Source: Bacteroidota bacterium (lineage in GTDB: Bacteria; Bacteroidota; Bacteroidia; JABEUT01). Taken from it: 60,875 nt of DNA. The stretch is from assembly GCA_013289395.1 (NCBI GenBank), contig JABCZY010000001.1, forward strand, positions 1 to 60,875, read 5' to 3'. Position 1 is the first letter of the stretch. Every line of letters starts with the position of its first letter. This document shows positions 59,801-60,875 of this stretch, piece after piece. Below the pieces are notes generated by a model, which was not told where the DNA came from, did not search any database, and saw nothing but the letters and a program-made list of their open reading frames with translations. The position numbers and the translations under genes are program-made.

Positions 59801-60094
59801 GCTAGCTTCCTGGTCCATGGTTACACCTGACTGGTATGCTAAGTTGATGGGGTATCCGTCCACATTTAATAATGGGATATTATATGAAAAACTGCCAGAG
59901 AATGGGTCGACCATATCAGATGTTCCTACAGGTTCGAAACTATCAACCTCAGGTTGGCTCGGCCCGCCACCAAGCGTAAGCGCATAGTTAGGAGCCCCCA
60001 TCTCAAAAAGCAAAGTAAAGACAATACTAAGGGCAACCGTTTTATTTAACGGTTTTCCAAATTTCTTCTTTATTTTATTAATTGCTCTTCTCAT
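53876..60094 (-). CDS. Giant (2072 aa) exported protein with an SpvB/TcdB(TcB)-type N-terminal domain and C-terminal SprB-like repeats
   Basis: aa 38-125, LTLGGGPSQPEVDSFEPVGTSDMVDPFSGSFSYNIPLLNVDGYPINLAYQSGVTMDQEASWVGLGWNINAGAITRTVRGIPDDF, parallels the SpvB/TcdB N-domain pattern (LPKGGG...G.....PL....G....L.Y.SG.....GLGW......I.R....G.P.Y). The C-terminus carries SprB-like units (GGTAPYTYKWTG...VTDSKGCTAQATVTG). It overlaps the upstream lipoprotein gene by 4 nt. Confidence 0.85.
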   Translation of the reverse strand: MRRAINKIKKKFGKPLNKTVALSIVFTLLFEMGAPNYALTLGGGPSQPEVDSFEPVGTSDMVDPFSGSFSYNIPLLNVDGYPINLAYQSGVTMDQEASWVGLGWNINAGAITRTVRGIPDDFNGDTIERDFNMKENDTYGLNTGLTEGGELFGLEILNAGITYSLGVKYNNYTGIGAEVGICPSLSVGKPSCGQLTVGYGLSSSSDEGVNITPYAGLSVGIKSGDNASTNLGIHIGQTFNSRQGLENMTIGASIGYSLHSDGSNISHSETEFAPTATFNKMMPTFTPQISLPLVNSSVTGSVKGGYEISGYSETVNFEAYQSSQYLATNSIYNPAFGYMHADAGVGNSSAMMDFNREKDGVFNQNTPDLPLTNFTYDIYSVSGQGMSGSYRPFRSDIGHVFDPYNVNTSNAQSVGMEVSVGDIIHAGVDWSNADVISYSGDWSAGNTAYGDLSFNSTGGGNPLYEPVYFKEANEKSVDSDPAFFSKVGGFDPQRLELNQISQFNTVATNTYESGLQVSGKNYRLNRDIRNESISMLTRDQLHNFGLQDTTGMNLYNGKGYHIGQVTSLGTGGKRYVYGIAAYNIKKEEVTFATGIDANADVGDHVDPNGGLVNYLSGDNSINNPKGIDNYYSDIKTPPYAHSYLLTAVLSADYVDADGIRGPSDGDLGTWTKFNYQKRPTYYNWRVPMGANKASYEEGLKSDSTDDKGNYIYGQKELWYLNSIETKNYIAVFNTQARLDGLGVTDGNGSIDPDTSHSQRVLNSISLYTKPNYNAHLANSSVALVPIEVVHFVYDYELCPNIPNNINAINNTGINTGKLTLKQVYFTYQNSFKGALSPYKFTYCYNNFPQYNFPYDIKAYNRWGTYKPNPGEGAALGTALCPAEYPYVEQNKTNEDQYVAAWTLTDITLPSGGSIHVDFESNQYSYVQNTPTTQMFKVVGAGTSNSVAIGSQYQAFPLTSGSGSSQSDQNYYLFFELQKDANNHYITDPAKYFNGLPYIYFRFLMQISVSPPYYEYVSGYAPPSSVGVCSDGAHGYVQLSGVQLDGNGSGFVSPIIKTALQFGRLYTPRVMWHEPQITDKAKLLDVLGALASAVFQITQVNKGLNGSLYDQGFCNNFVIDKSWIKLNSPGTGKLGGGARVKDIMMNDQWKAMTSVEPSFDYGQQYSYTLPDGVTSSGVASYEPQIGGDENALHTPVFYSSSALQVPDDQYYMETPFGESFFPSPSVGYSMVTVKNLQRANVHRNATGSVVHEFYTTKDFPTITKQTDLQPIPETTDPASLSSLFNVTSMSYMTASQGYSIELNDMNGKPKKQEVYQEGQTTPISSVQYFYQCTPYLGNNSFELSNNVTVVNPDGSLGKNNIGVFFDDVNDFRSEETDNTSAATMINLDVINIAGPPIPIPMVLPSNTSEYIRFRSCVNTKVIQRYGILDSTIVTDLGSTVKTQNLAYDAQTGNVLLTKTTNDFNDSIFNMAYPAYWYYSGMGAAYSNIGVSISNSTTTFTNGIAMIPNASSMFYPGDELALTGSTTGIVAWVTAVNGNNITAEYKSGIKVTGPFTNLEVIRSGRRNMQDMDMANITSLVNPINSLQSNSYQKITQASAREYTDSWSTYCNCFTQSGDNTDNPYVLGIRGNYRLKTSLLYLTTRDQSNFDNNTNIRSDGTFNSYNPFYSESGGSWQMTPNNWTYTSSVTNFNPYGQEIESVDALGRYSSATFGYNQTLPTAVAANSKYQEMGFDGFEDYGFDGCADNHMDVNRTGIVLDPTQAHTGRHSLLVTSGTPVTIGGQITTCTPVNPCNLTLCGMKTGNVDLSVLEIVPEGGTAPYTYKWTGANLYFNSDGYPAIKTNYSGSYTFTISVTDSKGCTAQATVTGNSTSFSGIPQCPPPCNLSLCYNAGPQQNQVFVLAASGGSGNYTFTIPSSVQSSTLTSNGEFVIDYSTLFRNLPLTITVTDANNSSCSYSTEITGVSRSNLTTTNQTIQSCCSLQLCYSVTPQSDGSTAITVSPVGGAATYSFTGIRTSGLASAVTFTNNGSSYTATYSPSYNGSFEVYASDENGCVGQATIIFDGGTVSASIPVCN

Positions 60095-60753
60095 ATTGTT
60101 TCAAGCTGAGGTAGCTTCTTTATATCCTTCCCTTCAAAATGAAATTTTATTATTCCTTTGTTAAATTCATTGTCAGAAAATATCAATGTCTTATCTCCTT
60201 CCGCATCTTTACCTTTGGGAAAGGCCAGCAGAAAAACACCATACGGCGCTATATCATACACTCTTTCATAATGAAACAATAAACAAGGCAAGGTATCACC
60301 CGCTTCCACTAATTGAATATCCTTTTGCATTCCGAATGAAAAATAATTGACTCTGTCCTCATACTGAGCATTTTTGGTAAGACCGTATTTAAGGAGTTCA
60401 CCTTGCGGCACCTCTATTTTCAGATTCATATACTGCATTCCACTCAATTCTGCACTTCTTCTTTTTGCAAGCGAATCAGATATTTCATTTTTCTTTTCTT
60501 CTTCACATATCACATAAGGGACTGGCCTGTATTGTACCGAAAAAACTATATCATCTATTTTTTTCTCTTTCTCCATTCCGTTATTCTTATCTTCTATCCA
60601 GCTCACATATTGCGAAGGAGCTAGTTTATCAGGTACAACATTATCCCTTCTTGTCCCCGTACCTTCTTCACTAGTCATAGCTGTACCTCCTCCACACCTT
60701 GTGCATGCACCCGCAAAAAGAATATAGACTATCAATCCACAGATCATTTTCAT
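60091..60753 (-). CDS. Hypothetical lipoprotein (220 aa), translationally coupled to the 2072-aa gene
   Basis: Lipobox ILFAGAC. ATGA overlaps occur at both ends (60091-60094 and 60750-60753). I recognise no family. Confidence 0.65.
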   Translation of the reverse strand: MKMICGLIVYILFAGACTRCGGGTAMTSEEGTGTRRDNVVPDKLAPSQYVSWIEDKNNGMEKEKKIDDIVFSVQYRPVPYVICEEEKKNEISDSLAKRRSAELSGMQYMNLKIEVPQGELLKYGLTKNAQYEDRVNYFSFGMQKDIQLVEAGDTLPCLLFHYERVYDIAPYGVFLLAFPKGKDAEGDKTLIFSDNEFNKGIIKFHFEGKDIKKLPQLETI

Positions 60754-60875
60754 TTCTTCCCTTCGTATCTTTCGTTTACATATTGAGTCACCTGCGCAGT
60801 AATATTTTGCGATTCATCTGCATGCATGATAGAACCGTTTCCACCGTTACCCAATATATATAGGTAATTATTCTC
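60750..60875 (-). CDS. 3' end of a further upstream operon gene (C-terminal 41 aa only; runs off the right edge)
   Basis: My translation, in frame to the window edge, is ENNYLYILGNGGNGSIMHADESQNITAQVTQYVNERYEGKK*. Its TGA overlaps the ATG of the lipoprotein gene. Function unknown. Confidence 0.5.
   Translation of the reverse strand, partial: ENNYLYILGNGGNGSIMHADESQNITAQVTQYVNERYEGKK

Noticed and set aside
55073-59987. Plus-strand ORFs of 85-133 aa inside the 2072-aa gene (e.g. 59586..59987, 56308..56670)
   Set aside because: They are embedded antisense in a long, motif-bearing minus ORF and have no supporting signals.

Overview
AT-rich 60.9-kb window with the hallmarks of a Bacteroidota chromosome: a T9SS type-B C-terminal sorting domain, a PorP/SprF gene, SprB repeats, a TAnnTTTG-type promoter box, and an NtrC-type regulator next to kdp. 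Every credible gene lies on the minus strand, and many are joined by 1-4 nt overlaps. In the direction of transcription (right to left): (i) 60875-32037 is a tightly packed operon of exported proteins. It encodes a lipoprotein, a 2072-aa protein with an SpvB/TcdB-type N-domain, a 2176-aa SprB-repeat protein ending in YD repeats, and a 251-aa exported protein. These are followed by a 4285-aa RHS/YD protein (Asp-box propeller blades, RHS core, C-terminal HExxHxxGxxH metallopeptidase toxin) and two small candidate immunity or accessory genes. (ii) Two tiny Lys-rich secreted peptides. (iii) 31038-20079 is a kdp K+ uptake module: sigma-54 response regulator, orf122, a mini-ORF, kdpF, kdpA, kdpB, kdpC, a porin, and a split KdpD sensor plus histidine kinase. 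It is bracketed by a perfect 22-bp direct repeat that looks like the 3' end of a tRNA. (iv) 19499-3673 holds a 4932-aa T9SS type-B adhesin built from three repeat classes, with its cognate porP/sprF gene. (v) 3602-1 is a peptide ABC importer (binding lipoprotein plus two permeases). I saw no rRNA, intact tRNA, CRISPR, transposase or integrase. The most unusual content is the Tc-toxin-like, teneurin-like giant-protein operon, which has no TcA, T6SS or T9SS delivery signature in this window. All family assignments come from motif recognition by eye, not from database searches.
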